Below, one piece after another: positions 49,709-60,394 of a DNA stretch of 64,000 nucleotides. Below the pieces are notes generated by a model. That model ran no database searches and was not told the origin of the DNA. It worked only from the letters and a program-made list of their open reading frames with translations. Positions within the stretch are counted from its first letter, which is position 1, and each line of letters starts with the position of its first letter. This DNA comes from Candidatus Thorarchaeota archaeon (GTDB taxonomy: Archaea > Asgardarchaeota > Thorarchaeia > Thorarchaeales > Thorarchaeaceae): positions 1-64,000 of the forward strand of contig RDOC01000004.1 of the NCBI GenBank assembly GCA_011364985.1. The letters run 5' to 3'. The position numbers and the translations under genes were made by a program.

Positions 49709-51092
49709 CGATAATCTCAGCTCTCATGTGAGGACCACCTGTGCTAACAGGAATCCAGTCTTCCTCACCTTTTCCACATGTACCTCCGGAGAAGTCAAGC
49801 TCCTTGCTCACTGCATCAACAGTCTTCAGAATATCAAGCACTTTGCCTGCCAATGTCACTGAACGAACAAGATCGGTCTTTTCACCATTCTTGATCACAT
49901 AGCCTTTGAGAGCGCTTACTTGAACACCTCCGCCGACCACATCTTCCATGCCAGACAAGCCTTTGAGAACATAGAGACCATCTTTGGTATCTTCAATCAT
50001 CTCTTCTGTGTTCCAGTCGCCAGGACCAAAGAAGGTGTTGGTCATCCGAGCAAATACACGGCGGTTATAGTCCTGCGCACGACCATTTCCGGTTGGCGTC
50101 ACATCCATTAGTGCTGCTGTTTCTAAGGTGTGTAAATACCCCTTGAAGAGTCCCTTCTCCATGATATAGGTCCTAGAACCCGGTGTTCCTTCAGAATCAA
50201 ATGGAATAGACCCAGTCTTCCCATCCAACGTGCTGTCATCTAGCATTGTAATCTGTTCGGTCCCCACTTTCTTACCTACCAATCCAGTTAAGAAGGAACG
50301 TCCTTTAACAACCTCATCAGCTTCGCTGCCATGTCCACAGACCTCATGTGCCACTATGCCAGCTAGTTCACTATCGAGAATTGTGGTGATCTTCCCTGAG
50401 GGAGGTCTTACAGCCTTTAGAAGATCTAGGGCCCCCCTTGCAGCTTTGGTAGAGAATTCGGTTGGATCAACATCACGAACTAATTCAAATCCACTCATAC
50501 TACCTTTGATGCCATAGTCATACTGCATTCGATCGCCTTCTCTAGCCACGGGATTTGTAGCGAAGTGCACACGGATTTCGTTCCATTGCAACTTAGCGCC
50601 TGAGCTATTGACAAGACGTGTTACGTTCTTGCTGTCTGTATAAGAGGAATTAGTATTAACGATGCGATCATCGATTTTCTGACCTTTATCCAGTTCTTTT
50701 GTGAACTCAATCTTTTCTTCAATTGATATCTTTTCAGGATCCTCTTTCACAGACTGCCAGACTGTCTTTTCTTCGGTGTTCATACCAAGCAGCTCAATCT
50801 TCTTTCGAGAGTATTTCGCATTTGCACTGGCAATTTTCTTAGCATCTTCTAGAAGCATTTGAAGGCGTTCAAGCGTCGCCTCTTTGGTTGTCGATGCTTG
50901 ACCCCAACATTCACCGATCAAGACTCGTGCCACTGTTCCCGCGCGGTTAGTCTGACTCATTCTTCTGAGATCACCATTAACAACCAAGACTTGCGTGCCA
51001 TCTCTGACTTCTTGTCGGAGATCGGCAAAAGATACTTCGCGGTCTGCGACGCTTTCAATGGCTTTCGACATTGTTTCAAGCATTATCCTCAC
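49695..51092 (-). CDS. tldD: TldD metalloprotease
   Basis: HEVCGH..EAD, FDSEG, GNGRA, RMTNT, CGKG, GGPH. Confidence 0.92.
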   Translation of the reverse strand: MRIMLETMSKAIESVADREVSFADLRQEVRDGTQVLVVNGDLRRMSQTNRAGTVARVLIGECWGQASTTKEATLERLQMLLEDAKKIASANAKYSRKKIELLGMNTEEKTVWQSVKEDPEKISIEEKIEFTKELDKGQKIDDRIVNTNSSYTDSKNVTRLVNSSGAKLQWNEIRVHFATNPVAREGDRMQYDYGIKGSMSGFELVRDVDPTEFSTKAARGALDLLKAVRPPSGKITTILDSELAGIVAHEVCGHGSEADEVVKGRSFLTGLVGKKVGTEQITMLDDSTLDGKTGSIPFDSEGTPGSRTYIMEKGLFKGYLHTLETAALMDVTPTGNGRAQDYNRRVFARMTNTFFGPGDWNTEEMIEDTKDGLYVLKGLSGMEDVVGGGVQVSALKGYVIKNGEKTDLVRSVTLAGKVLDILKTVDAVSKELDFSGGTCGKGEEDWIPVSTGGPHMRAEIIVGGD

Positions 51093-51140
51093 TGATTTGG
51101 ATAAAAGGCAAGACTAAGATAAGGATTTGGAGCGGCGCAT

Positions 51141-52055
51141 TCAAATCAGTAGAGCGCCTCGCATGACGGTCACCCCAGTTCCACTCACTTTGACCTGTCG
51201 AATACTGTCGGTGTCGCCCTGCACCTCAACGAATATTTTACCCGGTCGTTCCATGAAGTGGCCTTGTTCAATGACAATACTGGTTACCGGAATCGTTGGC
51301 TCCATGAGACCATACCGAATTATGTAGCTTCCAGTGGCTGCTGCGCCTGAACCGGACACAGGATCTTCATTCACACCTAGTCCAGGAGCAAAGTGTCGGG
51401 CGTGAGCATCAGAAGTGACTTCCTTCGTTTCTCTTGTGAAGACCTGAATGGATGCGTAATCAGATGTCCTTTGCAGTTCCTCCAACTTATCCCAATTTGG
51501 CTTGATTCTCTCCATTGAACGCATGGTTGAGAGAGGAATGACAAGATGGGGAATACCGGTACTTACCGTTTGAATCGGGTTTGGTGAAAGAATATCAGCA
51601 AGTGTCAGTCCCAAAGCCTCGGCATAGACTTTGGGGTCATAGGTCTCCATGAATCTAGGTTTTTCATGTGTAATCTGAATCTCATGAACGCCAGTCGATT
51701 CGTTTTTCACAATTTCAACGGCGAGTACTCCTGCATTTGTTTCAAGACTCACCATATTCACTTCTTTCACAACGTCAAGCAGCCCCTCTTCGATGAGGGT
51801 GTGAAATGCCGCAATCGTGGGATGACCAGAGAAGTCTATTTCACTTTTGGGTGTCCAATAATGAAATTTGAAGTTCGCGATCTTTGATGGTTTGACAAAC
51901 ACAGTTTCACGGGGATTCATTTCCGAAGCTATTCTTCGCATTAGGTCTGCATTCAGATTATCCGCCTTGGGTATAACAACGGCAGGATTACCGCTCAATG
52001 GCGAATCAGTGAACGTATCAACTTGTATCACCTTAATTTCACGGCGTCTTTTCAT
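51141..52055 (-). CDS. PhzF family isomerase/epimerase
   Basis: VDTFT....GNPA, E..F.GHPT, STG, EDPVSGS, EQG..M.RPG. Confidence 0.92.
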   Translation of the reverse strand: MKRRREIKVIQVDTFTDSPLSGNPAVVIPKADNLNADLMRRIASEMNPRETVFVKPSKIANFKFHYWTPKSEIDFSGHPTIAAFHTLIEEGLLDVVKEVNMVSLETNAGVLAVEIVKNESTGVHEIQITHEKPRFMETYDPKVYAEALGLTLADILSPNPIQTVSTGIPHLVIPLSTMRSMERIKPNWDKLEELQRTSDYASIQVFTRETKEVTSDAHARHFAPGLGVNEDPVSGSGAAATGSYIIRYGLMEPTIPVTSIVIEQGHFMERPGKIFVEVQGDTDSIRQVKVSGTGVTVMRGALLI

Positions 52056-52234
52056 CTGAAACCACGTATAACGGGTAGAAGACGAGGGCTAATTAAGGGT
52101 TGTATCGAGTAGTCAGTGGGAAGGATAGAGCTGGCAGGCTGTCAAACCTACGAAGCACCTAGAGAAGACGATAGTACAATTCTTTTCGTATCATGCTCAC
52201 AGAGGTAGTCTTGCCATTGTCATGATTTTGGATC

Positions 52235-52399
52235 AGAGAAGAAAGAAAGCAGAAGGTGGCGAGCACGCGGGAAATCGTGGTAGGAGGGGGGAGTTTCGTA
52301 ATTGAGGGCATGTAACGAAAAACTAGCCCACATGCTCGCCTATGCTAAGTATATCGATAGGAATGTGCTCCCACATGCCTACCGTTTATACAAGTTAGC
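52235..52399 (-). ncRNA. Candidate structured non-coding RNA (two long stems, U-rich tail)
   Basis: Hairpin 52344-52399 and 14-bp closing stem 52258-52340; the mismatches are G-U pairs only on the minus strand. Confidence 0.5.
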
Positions 52400-52651
52400 T
52401 TTCTTGGGACCCTATTAAAGTTTGCTTTGTGTCCAAATACTTGAAAGTATATAATATGTTTAAATAAAGATAGGGATCTTCTTTGGTTGCGAAATGGAAG
52501 GAACGAAACGGATATTCCACATCAGAATTCCTGTCCTTAATCCAAGGGAAATAGGAGAACAACACTATTTCTGAGAGAGACCTAGGTGAAAGAAAGGTAA
52601 GTGTGAAGAACTCTATTCTAATCAACCCCTCATGCTGCAATAGCGAACAGT

Positions 52652-54313
52652 CTACGCACCAGTATAGGGCTTGGTGATTGAATCTTCTTCCACCTGCGTT
52701 GGCTTGTGCTTTCCGCGCCATTCGTCAACTGGTTGAGCGAATTTCTTCTCAATTCGTGATCGATGAATTGTATTCATTGTGCAGAACGGGACTATTCGAC
52801 CATCAGGAACTGCATAATTCACATCACAGTGCTGCACTCGTTCCAAATCTAGGTTGTACGGGTCTTGGAAATGCATCATTCCAATCATAATGACACGACG
52901 CATGAACTTCGCCAGAGAATCATAATCGCCTCGGTTTAAGAAGGCACTGAGCAAGTCTTTTAGGATGCCTTTTCTCTTTATGTGTCGGATGCTTCCAGCA
53001 AGCTTCGCCTTGGCCCTCTTGCTTGCTGCCCTCTTCTTCTTCGCGTAAAGGTTGGATATGTCGACAAGGATTTCAATGAATTTGTCGACATCCATCAAAT
53101 TCGTTATAGGCTCATATCTTCCATCTTCATTTATCCAAATGAAAGTAGACATCCCGCAGGCAAAGTGCGTGCTGAGTTCAAGCTCCGGTGCACCTTTCAT
53201 AAGACCGAGAGCTCGCCCAACAGGCATCATAGCAGGAACCGGATACCAAACATCTGCGGGAATCTTACCGCCAGTTTGCTCGTCAATTAGATGGATAACA
53301 TCAGGAATCGTTATCCTCATTTCTTGACGCGAAGCGTGGTCAATTCGTCCAGTAATGCTAACAGGTTGGAAGTTCACACATCGGATGACATCGCTATTCT
53401 CAACCGCATATTCAATAATACCGCCTACTTGATCATCATTTACACCCCTCACAACAGTGGGGACGAGAACAATTGACTCCATGCCCAACTCACGTGCATT
53501 CTGAATAGCCTGCTTCTTAATGGGAAGAAGATCATTGCCTCTTGCTGTGATGTAGGGTTCGGGAGTAACACCGTCAAACTGCATATACACAGTGGAGAGT
53601 CCCGCCTCTCGAAGCTCTTGGAAGTACTTCTTGCTATTTCCGATTCTGATACCATTACTTGCAATCTGTACGTGCTTGAAACCAAGTCCCTTCGCCCATT
53701 TGATGTACTGAGGCAGATGCTTGCTGACAGTGGGTTCGCCTCCGGCAAATTGCAGGGCTGGTGCAGGAACGGGTTCATTTTCTCTAAGGTTCTTCATCAT
53801 GTCAAAGACTTGTTCAGGGGTTGGTTCGTAGATTGTACCGCCTTCTGCTGCTACGGCAAAGCAAATTGGACACCTAAGATTGCATCTATTCGTAACGTCG
53901 AGCAGCGCTAGTGCAGTATGGGATTTGTGCTCTGGGCATTGACCGCAGTCCTCAGGACATCCCTTCACAGTTTCCGTTCGAGGATTGTCCAGACCAACGG
54001 ACTTGAACCACCACCGTGATGCCTCCTTGAACATCGCAGCATCACCCCAATAGACGTCAACGAAATCGCCATGCTTCTCGCATGTTTTTTTGTACATTAC
54101 TTTGCCATCATCTTCGTAGAGCTCTGCATTGATGACATTCACTTCATCATTACTCAAGAAGCATTCAGGGCAGATTGATTGAGTTGTGTAAGGGAGGTCT
54201 CTCGGTGGATACATCTCCACTTTGAATCTCGAAACACCTCCAGCCTTCTCATGAGTTATTGGTTCCTCCGGAACCGGCCTTACATCATCACTTGCCATTT
54301 CATTGCACTCCAT
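52652..54313 (-). CDS. tes: Radical SAM tetraether lipid synthase (Tes/GDGT-MAS)-like
   Basis: SICPEC..CEKHG, CPEDCGQCPEH, CNLRCPIC, DPYNLDLER, PDGRIVPFC; likely start is ATG 54298. Confidence 0.82.
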   Translation of the reverse strand: MECNEMASDDVRPVPEEPITHEKAGGVSRFKVEMYPPRDLPYTTQSICPECFLSNDEVNVINAELYEDDGKVMYKKTCEKHGDFVDVYWGDAAMFKEASRWWFKSVGLDNPRTETVKGCPEDCGQCPEHKSHTALALLDVTNRCNLRCPICFAVAAEGGTIYEPTPEQVFDMMKNLRENEPVPAPALQFAGGEPTVSKHLPQYIKWAKGLGFKHVQIASNGIRIGNSKKYFQELREAGLSTVYMQFDGVTPEPYITARGNDLLPIKKQAIQNARELGMESIVLVPTVVRGVNDDQVGGIIEYAVENSDVIRCVNFQPVSITGRIDHASRQEMRITIPDVIHLIDEQTGGKIPADVWYPVPAMMPVGRALGLMKGAPELELSTHFACGMSTFIWINEDGRYEPITNLMDVDKFIEILVDISNLYAKKKRAASKRAKAKLAGSIRHIKRKGILKDLLSAFLNRGDYDSLAKFMRRVIMIGMMHFQDPYNLDLERVQHCDVNYAVPDGRIVPFCTMNTIHRSRIEKKFAQPVDEWRGKHKPTQVEEDSITKPYTGA

Positions 54314-54415
54314 TATCGTGATATGTAACCACCACTGAAGCGGGTGGTATTCGGTTCAAGTCCGAACCGATTCGCAATATAACCTTTGCCCGAAGTATCC
54401 GAGTATGAAAAGGGG

Positions 54416-54727
54416 TTACGTGTCTGAGTCCTCTTGAAACAGGACGAATCTCTTTGTAAACCCTCCACGCTGAAATGTCTTGGTTTCCCGTATCTTCTCG
54501 ATCTCTTTCCAAGTAAGTCCTCTGATTCTGATGAGCTCAAGAAGCGCTTCAACAATATCGCCAATCTCTTCTGTTTTCCCAGAGAGCAGTAATTCCTCTG
54601 CCTCTTCAACGACCTTCTTTCGCAGCAAGGAATCGAATTCCGATTGAGATGCAATTCTTACAACAGGTTCTTCACCCGTTTTTCTGATTATTTCGGGAAT
54701 CCGGTCACGAACCAGTTTCTCGGGCAA
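54416..54727 (-). CDS. MazG-like nucleoside triphosphate pyrophosphohydrolase
   Basis: KLVRDRIPEII, EE..E, EEIGD..E, RGGF. Confidence 0.9.
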   Translation of the reverse strand: MPEKLVRDRIPEIIRKTGEEPVVRIASQSEFDSLLRKKVVEEAEELLLSGKTEEIGDIVEALLELIRIRGLTWKEIEKIRETKTFQRGGFTKRFVLFQEDSDT

Positions 54728-54750
54728 GATATATGTCCCTCAGAAACACA

Positions 54751-55476
54751 CTACTTCAAGGCAAGAACCACATCAATGTGAGGTTCGGCTGTCTCAATGA
54801 ATTGATTAACTGCTTCCAATAAGTCGGGAGGTAGGTCATTAGTCCATGGATCTTCTGCGTCGCGCGGAGTCATATAAGCCATCGAGTCAAATGAAAGATA
54901 ACGGGCCCTAAGATCACTATCCAGAGAAACTGTTCCAATCCATTGACCATCATGAATTATCTCATAGGATGGCTTGAACTTAGTAAGGTCATTCGGTACA
55001 ATCGCATTCCAAAAGAAGGACATTCCGTTGAATTGACCAGGCTTCCCAAGGGCAATAGTGTATGTGTCCAAGGATGCCTTCGCATTTTCCAAGTAGTATA
55101 GAATTCCTATACGACAGTTGAGACACTGGTTGAATTCAAGGCCGTCTCCCGAAGGGGTTACGTATGCAATGCCATTCTTCTCGATGTTGTTATCATTACA
55201 ATGAACGCATAGGTTCATACCCCAGCGTACCTCAATATGGTCTTTGAAAGGCTCTTCTAGGAATCTACTGATAGCAGCCCTGAAAACATTGCTTGTTGTT
55301 TCCTCTCCTTCTGACTTCATCTTGTCACGAATGACGGAGAACACTTCCAAAAGATCCTGCCACAGAACATTGAGTATCATATCTGCAAGCTGATCAAGCG
55401 ATCGGTCTTCAAGAGAACTCATTTCTATCACCTGAAGGAGGCCAGCATTTTGAAAGAATGAGAGCCATTCGGGCAA
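54751..55476 (-). CDS. Hypothetical protein with two CxxC motifs
   Basis: 241-aa ORF with CVHC and CLNC; start may be ATG 55422. Confidence 0.65.
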   Translation of the reverse strand: MPEWLSFFQNAGLLQVIEMSSLEDRSLDQLADMILNVLWQDLLEVFSVIRDKMKSEGEETTSNVFRAAISRFLEEPFKDHIEVRWGMNLCVHCNDNNIEKNGIAYVTPSGDGLEFNQCLNCRIGILYYLENAKASLDTYTIALGKPGQFNGMSFFWNAIVPNDLTKFKPSYEIIHDGQWIGTVSLDSDLRARYLSFDSMAYMTPRDAEDPWTNDLPPDLLEAVNQFIETAEPHIDVVLALK

Positions 55477-55726
55477 TTAAGTCTTGATTGTCTTGAGTCA
55501 GCCAACCCGACATGAGTAAGAGATGGCCAAGTTATTCTAGCCTAAGGTTTTTAACTGAGTCGGAAACCAGAATAAAAGAGCCCAAACAGGAGAGAACAGG
55601 ATGGATTGTCAAATTCACTAATCGGGAGAATTCAAGGCAGTCCGTATTGTTAATGAAGAATCGAACGCCCGCTGCTTTGGGACTTGCTTTTTGCAGGAAG
55701 CTAGTGTGTAGCAAGAGGAGACCATC

Positions 55727-58700
55727 ATGAAGCCACTAGAGAAACGGTATCGACCAGCTGAAGTGGAAAAGGAAATTCTTCGATTTTGGAAAGAGAGCAG
55801 TATCTGTCAGAAAGTTGTCAAATCCAGGGAGACAGGGCCTAATTGGAGCTTTCTCGAAGGGCCCCCGACTACTAACGGATTCATGCATGTAGGTCATGCA
55901 AGAGGACGAGCCATGAAAGATGCACAAATCCGATATATGACCATGAAGGGGTACAACGTATGGCGCCGTGGTGGATGGGACATGCAAGGGCTTCCCGTAG
56001 AACTCGAGGTTGAGAGAAACGAAGGTATAGAAGAGAAGGGACTTATCGATTCTGAAATCGGACTCGACTCGTTCGTTCAGAAGTGCAAGGATCTAGTGGA
56101 TTTCTATTTGGGCAGATGGGTCAAGGACTCGATAAGACTTGGCCTTTGGCTTGATTATGAGACTGCCTATGAAACAAGGAGAGATGACTACATTGAACAT
56201 GTTTGGTATTTTCTCAAACTAGCTAGCGAGAAAGGACTATTGGGAAGAGGATACAGAGTGAATCCCATATGTCCCAGATGTGTAACTGCTTTGTCCGGAC
56301 ATGAGGTTTCTCAGGGATATAGGTCGAAGGTAGATCCATCAATATATGTAAAGCTCAAACTCACTGGAAAGGAGAACGAGTTTCTAGTAATATGGACTAC
56401 TACGCCTTTTACGTTGATATCAAATGAAATGGTATCGGTTCATCCGGACTACAACTATGTGAAAGTCAGAGTGGGCAAAGAAGAATGGTGGCTAGTAGAA
56501 GACCTAGCAGAAGCGGTCTTGGCGAAGGCAGGAATAGAATCCTTTGAAATGCTTGAAACACTCAAAGGAAAGAAGATGCTGGGTTGGAAATATGAACATC
56601 CATTCAAAGAAGAGGTCCCTTGGCATCAACAACATAACGAGAAGTATATGCACGCAGTAGTTACGGGAAAGCACGTCACAGTTGAAGATGGAACAGGACT
56701 GGTCCACACGGCACCCGGCTTCGGCCCAGATGACTTTGAAGTAGGCCGAGAATTTGACGTGCCGGTTCTCGCACCGGTTACCAGTCAGGGCCGTTTCACA
56801 GATGAAGTACCTATGTTCGAAGGGAAGTATGTATTCGACACAAATAGTATCGTTCCACAGATGCTGGAAGCCAAAGGATTGCTGGTGAAGGAAGAAACGA
56901 TAGAACATGAGTATCCACATTGTTGGCGTTGTGACACGCCACTCATCTATCTGGCAGATAAGAATCAATGGTTCCTTAAGATGGAAGAAGTACGAGACAG
57001 ACTCGTGGATCTGAACAAGAAGGTAGGTTGGACGCCGGACTGGGCTGGTACTGGACGTTTTGGCGATTGGTTGGCGAATGCAGATGATTGGTGTATATCA
57101 CGGTCTCGTGTCTGGGGGTCACCACTCCCGGTCTGGGTCTGTGATGACTGCGGTTCAGAAGTAGTGATCGGGTCGCGCGAAGAACTGCGAGAACGTGCGG
57201 TAGAGTTCCCTGAAACATTTGAAATGCATAAGCCGTGGGTTGACAGAGTTATGCTAAAATGCGAGAAATGCGATGGAGAGATGCATAGAGAGTCCTTTGT
57301 GACCGATTGCTGGTTGGATTCAGGTATGGCACATACAGCAAGTGTGGACTATCTGAAGGATCCGAAACTCTTCAATAAGGTCTTTCCGTACGATTTCATA
57401 ACCGAGGCAGTCGACCAGTCACGGGGTTGGTTCTACAGCCTTCTCTATACTTCAGTTGTTATGCATGGCTCAGTCTGTTTCAATGCATGCGTAAGTCAGG
57501 AGCATGTCCTTGATGAAGATGGTGGAAAAATGAGTAAGTCTAAGGGAAACGTGGTTTGGGCGAAGGATGCGCTGGAGGCTGTGAGTGCAGATCCGTTCCG
57601 CCTATTCATGCTTACAAGAGCAGCATCATGGTCCAGAATGAACTATTCTCCAAAAGAGATAGAGCTGACGAGAAAGAAGTTAGATGTGCTTTGGAATGTA
57701 GTCCTCTTTGCTGATACGTATATGGACCTAGACAAATTCGCATATGATGAGGGACGTTTACTCAAAAGCCTCAAGGATGCAGAATTGGAGGACAAATGGC
57801 TTCTCTCTCGTGTACAGAGCATTGTTACCGACTATCATGCATACATGGAGAAATACCTGTGGCATCATGCTGGTCGGCATCTGCTTGATTTCATAACGGA
57901 GGACTTCAGCAGAGTGTATCTTCCACTTGTCAAGAAGAGAGTATGGCTCGACAGTGACAATCCGAAAAAGGTCATGGCGTACGATGTCATGTACTACACC
58001 TTGAGCACCCTATTGAAATGTCTGAATCCATTCATCCCATTTCTGGCGGAGAAGCTCTTTAGGGAGTTTCTGATCAAGTATGACGCAAATCTTCAAGAAT
58101 CAATAAACATGGCGGACTTGCCCGAAACCAACAACAATCTTATGGACTCCGAGATTGAAGCAACCTTCGAAGTGCTTCAGGAGCTAAGAAGTGCTACAAG
58201 TCATGCAAGAAACAAGAAGGGAGTGAAACTGAGGCATCCTGTGGCAAGCGTAGTACTTGTTCCGTCATCCAAGAAGATTGGACGGCGCGCCGCATCTCTT
58301 ACAGACCTGCTTAAGGACAATCTCAATACTCGAGAATTTGAAGTTCATGAAACAGATGTATTGGCAGGATTTGTTGGACTCAAAGTAAAACCAAACTACA
58401 AGGCATTGGGTCCTAAGCTGAAAGGAAACATGAAGAACTTCGTCGCAGCCCTTGAAAAGACGGATGCTGCTAAGCTGAGAGAGGAACTTGAGAATGGTAA
58501 GACCTCATTCAGATTTGGGAAGAAAGCAGTCGTATTAGAGGAAGGAGACCTTGAGTTCGAAGAAAGTATGCCCGAACATCTTAGCCAAGCAGATAGCAAA
58601 TTTGGGAAGGTATACGTTGATATAACTAGGACCAAGGATCTTGAAGCAGAAGGTTTGGTTAGGGATGTAACACGAAGGGTTCAGGTAATGAGGAAGGAGC

Positions 58701-58924
58701 TCGACTTGAACGTGGAACAGCAAATAGAAGTGAGCCTCCAATTCTCTGACAATGAGTCGGTTGAGCTGGTGAAAATGTTTGAGGAGTACCTTGCGGCCGA
58801 AACTCGAGCAGATTCCTTAGAGATACTTGGCCCAGAGAAGAAAGCCTCTTGGAAGAAGTTTAAGCATGTTAAAGAGTGGGATATCGACGAACTTAAGCTG
58901 AAGGTGGGCATGAGTCCCAAGTAG
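55727..58924 (+). CDS. ileS: Isoleucine--tRNA ligase
   Basis: GPP, HVGH, WTTTP, GTGLVH.APGFG.DD, DWCISR.R.WG, KMSKS. Confidence 0.97.
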   Translation: MKPLEKRYRPAEVEKEILRFWKESSICQKVVKSRETGPNWSFLEGPPTTNGFMHVGHARGRAMKDAQIRYMTMKGYNVWRRGGWDMQGLPVELEVERNEGIEEKGLIDSEIGLDSFVQKCKDLVDFYLGRWVKDSIRLGLWLDYETAYETRRDDYIEHVWYFLKLASEKGLLGRGYRVNPICPRCVTALSGHEVSQGYRSKVDPSIYVKLKLTGKENEFLVIWTTTPFTLISNEMVSVHPDYNYVKVRVGKEEWWLVEDLAEAVLAKAGIESFEMLETLKGKKMLGWKYEHPFKEEVPWHQQHNEKYMHAVVTGKHVTVEDGTGLVHTAPGFGPDDFEVGREFDVPVLAPVTSQGRFTDEVPMFEGKYVFDTNSIVPQMLEAKGLLVKEETIEHEYPHCWRCDTPLIYLADKNQWFLKMEEVRDRLVDLNKKVGWTPDWAGTGRFGDWLANADDWCISRSRVWGSPLPVWVCDDCGSEVVIGSREELRERAVEFPETFEMHKPWVDRVMLKCEKCDGEMHRESFVTDCWLDSGMAHTASVDYLKDPKLFNKVFPYDFITEAVDQSRGWFYSLLYTSVVMHGSVCFNACVSQEHVLDEDGGKMSKSKGNVVWAKDALEAVSADPFRLFMLTRAASWSRMNYSPKEIELTRKKLDVLWNVVLFADTYMDLDKFAYDEGRLLKSLKDAELEDKWLLSRVQSIVTDYHAYMEKYLWHHAGRHLLDFITEDFSRVYLPLVKKRVWLDSDNPKKVMAYDVMYYTLSTLLKCLNPFIPFLAEKLFREFLIKYDANLQESINMADLPETNNNLMDSEIEATFEVLQELRSATSHARNKKGVKLRHPVASVVLVPSSKKIGRRAASLTDLLKDNLNTREFEVHETDVLAGFVGLKVKPNYKALGPKLKGNMKNFVAALEKTDAAKLREELENGKTSFRFGKKAVVLEEGDLEFEESMPEHLSQADSKFGKVYVDITRTKDLEAEGLVRDVTRRVQVMRKELDLNVEQQIEVSLQFSDNESVELVKMFEEYLAAETRADSLEILGPEKKASWKKFKHVKEWDIDELKLKVGMSPK

Positions 58925-58928
58925 GTTT

Positions 58929-60260
58929 CTAGAGACCTTTCGGATTCCGAACCAAGACATCAATCAAGGTATGAAAGAACTTGGCATTCTGTTGTATGGA
59001 TGAGAGGGAAACCCATTCATTTGGTCCATGTATGTTGGCGCCCTGAGGACCAAAGTCAAACAGCTGCGTTCTGCTTCCGGCAAAGAATCGAGAATCGGAT
59101 GCACCGAATCCTTCGAACAAAAGGATAGGTATGTTTTCCTTTTTCAGAGCCCACTTCGCTGCTCGTATGAGTTTGCAATCCGGATCGGATTTGACAAATC
59201 CTGCTCCACGCTCAGTTTTAAGAGAGAAGAGCTCAACTCCTTCATCGACTGCTTCATGAATGAATTCTTCCACAGCTTCGCTATCATTAGTCATGGCTCG
59301 GATGTCGCAGTAGAGAGTCCACAAACCGTCTTCCAAGGAAATGAGATTTGGTGAAACAATCTTTCCTCTATCTGAATGAAACGTTGGAAATGCGGCTTGG
59401 GAAATTGCAAGAAGGGATTGCATCACTCCTGTTAGATTCTTGTCGAATTCAATCTCAGTCGCGGATTCATCAGGATGAACAAGATCAAGTTCTACCCAAT
59501 CAGGAACGACATTAGATTTGATGAAAGCCCCTTGGATATTCTTCACTTTTACCAATGGATTCAGATCCAGATACTTCGATGCGGCAAGCATTGCATGGCG
59601 GTCCACACCAGGTCGCATGTAAGCAGAATGACGCGAATCAGTGAGAAAGGTTTCAGTTTCGAAGCGTATGGTTTCTTCAGTTCCCCTTATCCTTTCAATT
59701 GATTGCTTGAACTTGATAGAGGTCGGAAGTATGTTTCGTCTTCTATGGATAATCTGTTGGTCAACTCCATCGCAAACTACTAGGTAGTCGGGATAGAGAC
59801 CCTGCTTCCGAAGATGCTCCACCAAGAAACCCGCACCTCTGCTGCCACCTATCTCTTCATCGCCTGTAGCTGCAATCATGACACAACAGCCCGGATCGGC
59901 GGACTGAAGCATTTCAGCCAATAAGAAGAGCGTGAGTACTGCTCCTTTGTCATCAGCGGCGCCCCGCCCATACATCCTGTCACCTTCCACCTTTAGTCTG
60001 AAGGGATCGGATTTCCACTTGTCGCCGACAGGAACCACATCAAAGTGTGCGAGGAAGAGAATCTTGAAATCTCCTTGGCCCTTCCGTCCAAAAGCCGTGT
60101 ACACACCTTCATTCTCAAGGAGTTCGGCCATGAATCCAAGATTCTCTAGCTTTTTGACAATGTATGTTGGACAATCGGAAGAAGGCATCTTCCTAGGAGG
60201 AGAACTCACCGTGTCAAACTCGATGAGACGTTTCATCTCTTTTACAGGGTCAATTAGCAT
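58929..60260 (-). CDS. M20 family metallopeptidase (DapE/ArgE-like)
   Basis: AHFDVVP, GRGAADDKG, DEE, ASD.R, HGPNE. Confidence 0.92.
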   Translation of the reverse strand: MLIDPVKEMKRLIEFDTVSSPPRKMPSSDCPTYIVKKLENLGFMAELLENEGVYTAFGRKGQGDFKILFLAHFDVVPVGDKWKSDPFRLKVEGDRMYGRGAADDKGAVLTLFLLAEMLQSADPGCCVMIAATGDEEIGGSRGAGFLVEHLRKQGLYPDYLVVCDGVDQQIIHRRRNILPTSIKFKQSIERIRGTEETIRFETETFLTDSRHSAYMRPGVDRHAMLAASKYLDLNPLVKVKNIQGAFIKSNVVPDWVELDLVHPDESATEIEFDKNLTGVMQSLLAISQAAFPTFHSDRGKIVSPNLISLEDGLWTLYCDIRAMTNDSEAVEEFIHEAVDEGVELFSLKTERGAGFVKSDPDCKLIRAAKWALKKENIPILLFEGFGASDSRFFAGSRTQLFDFGPQGANIHGPNEWVSLSSIQQNAKFFHTLIDVLVRNPKGL

Positions 60261-60337
60261 TTTTGGTCAAGTTACTCAGAAGAAAGGAGATGAAATATCC
60301 ATCGGCCTAGGGAGTTTCTGCCAATAGTTGCATCAAA

Positions 60338-60375
60338 GAAGAAAGGAATCAGAAGAGCGATGCCAAGATGGCATC
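60338..60375 (-). terminator. Hairpin plus pyrimidine tract after EF-2
   Basis: GATGCC-N5-GGCATC, followed on the minus strand by CTTCTGATTCCTTTCTTCTT. Confidence 0.55.
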
Positions 60376-60394
60376 ACTCAAATCATTGAAAGAA

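Noticed and set aside
52235-52399. SRP RNA, RNase P RNA or SECIS
   Set aside because: A GGAG tetraloop is present, but there is no SRP helix 8 motif or RNase P P4 motif, and no in-frame TGA in the upstream gene.
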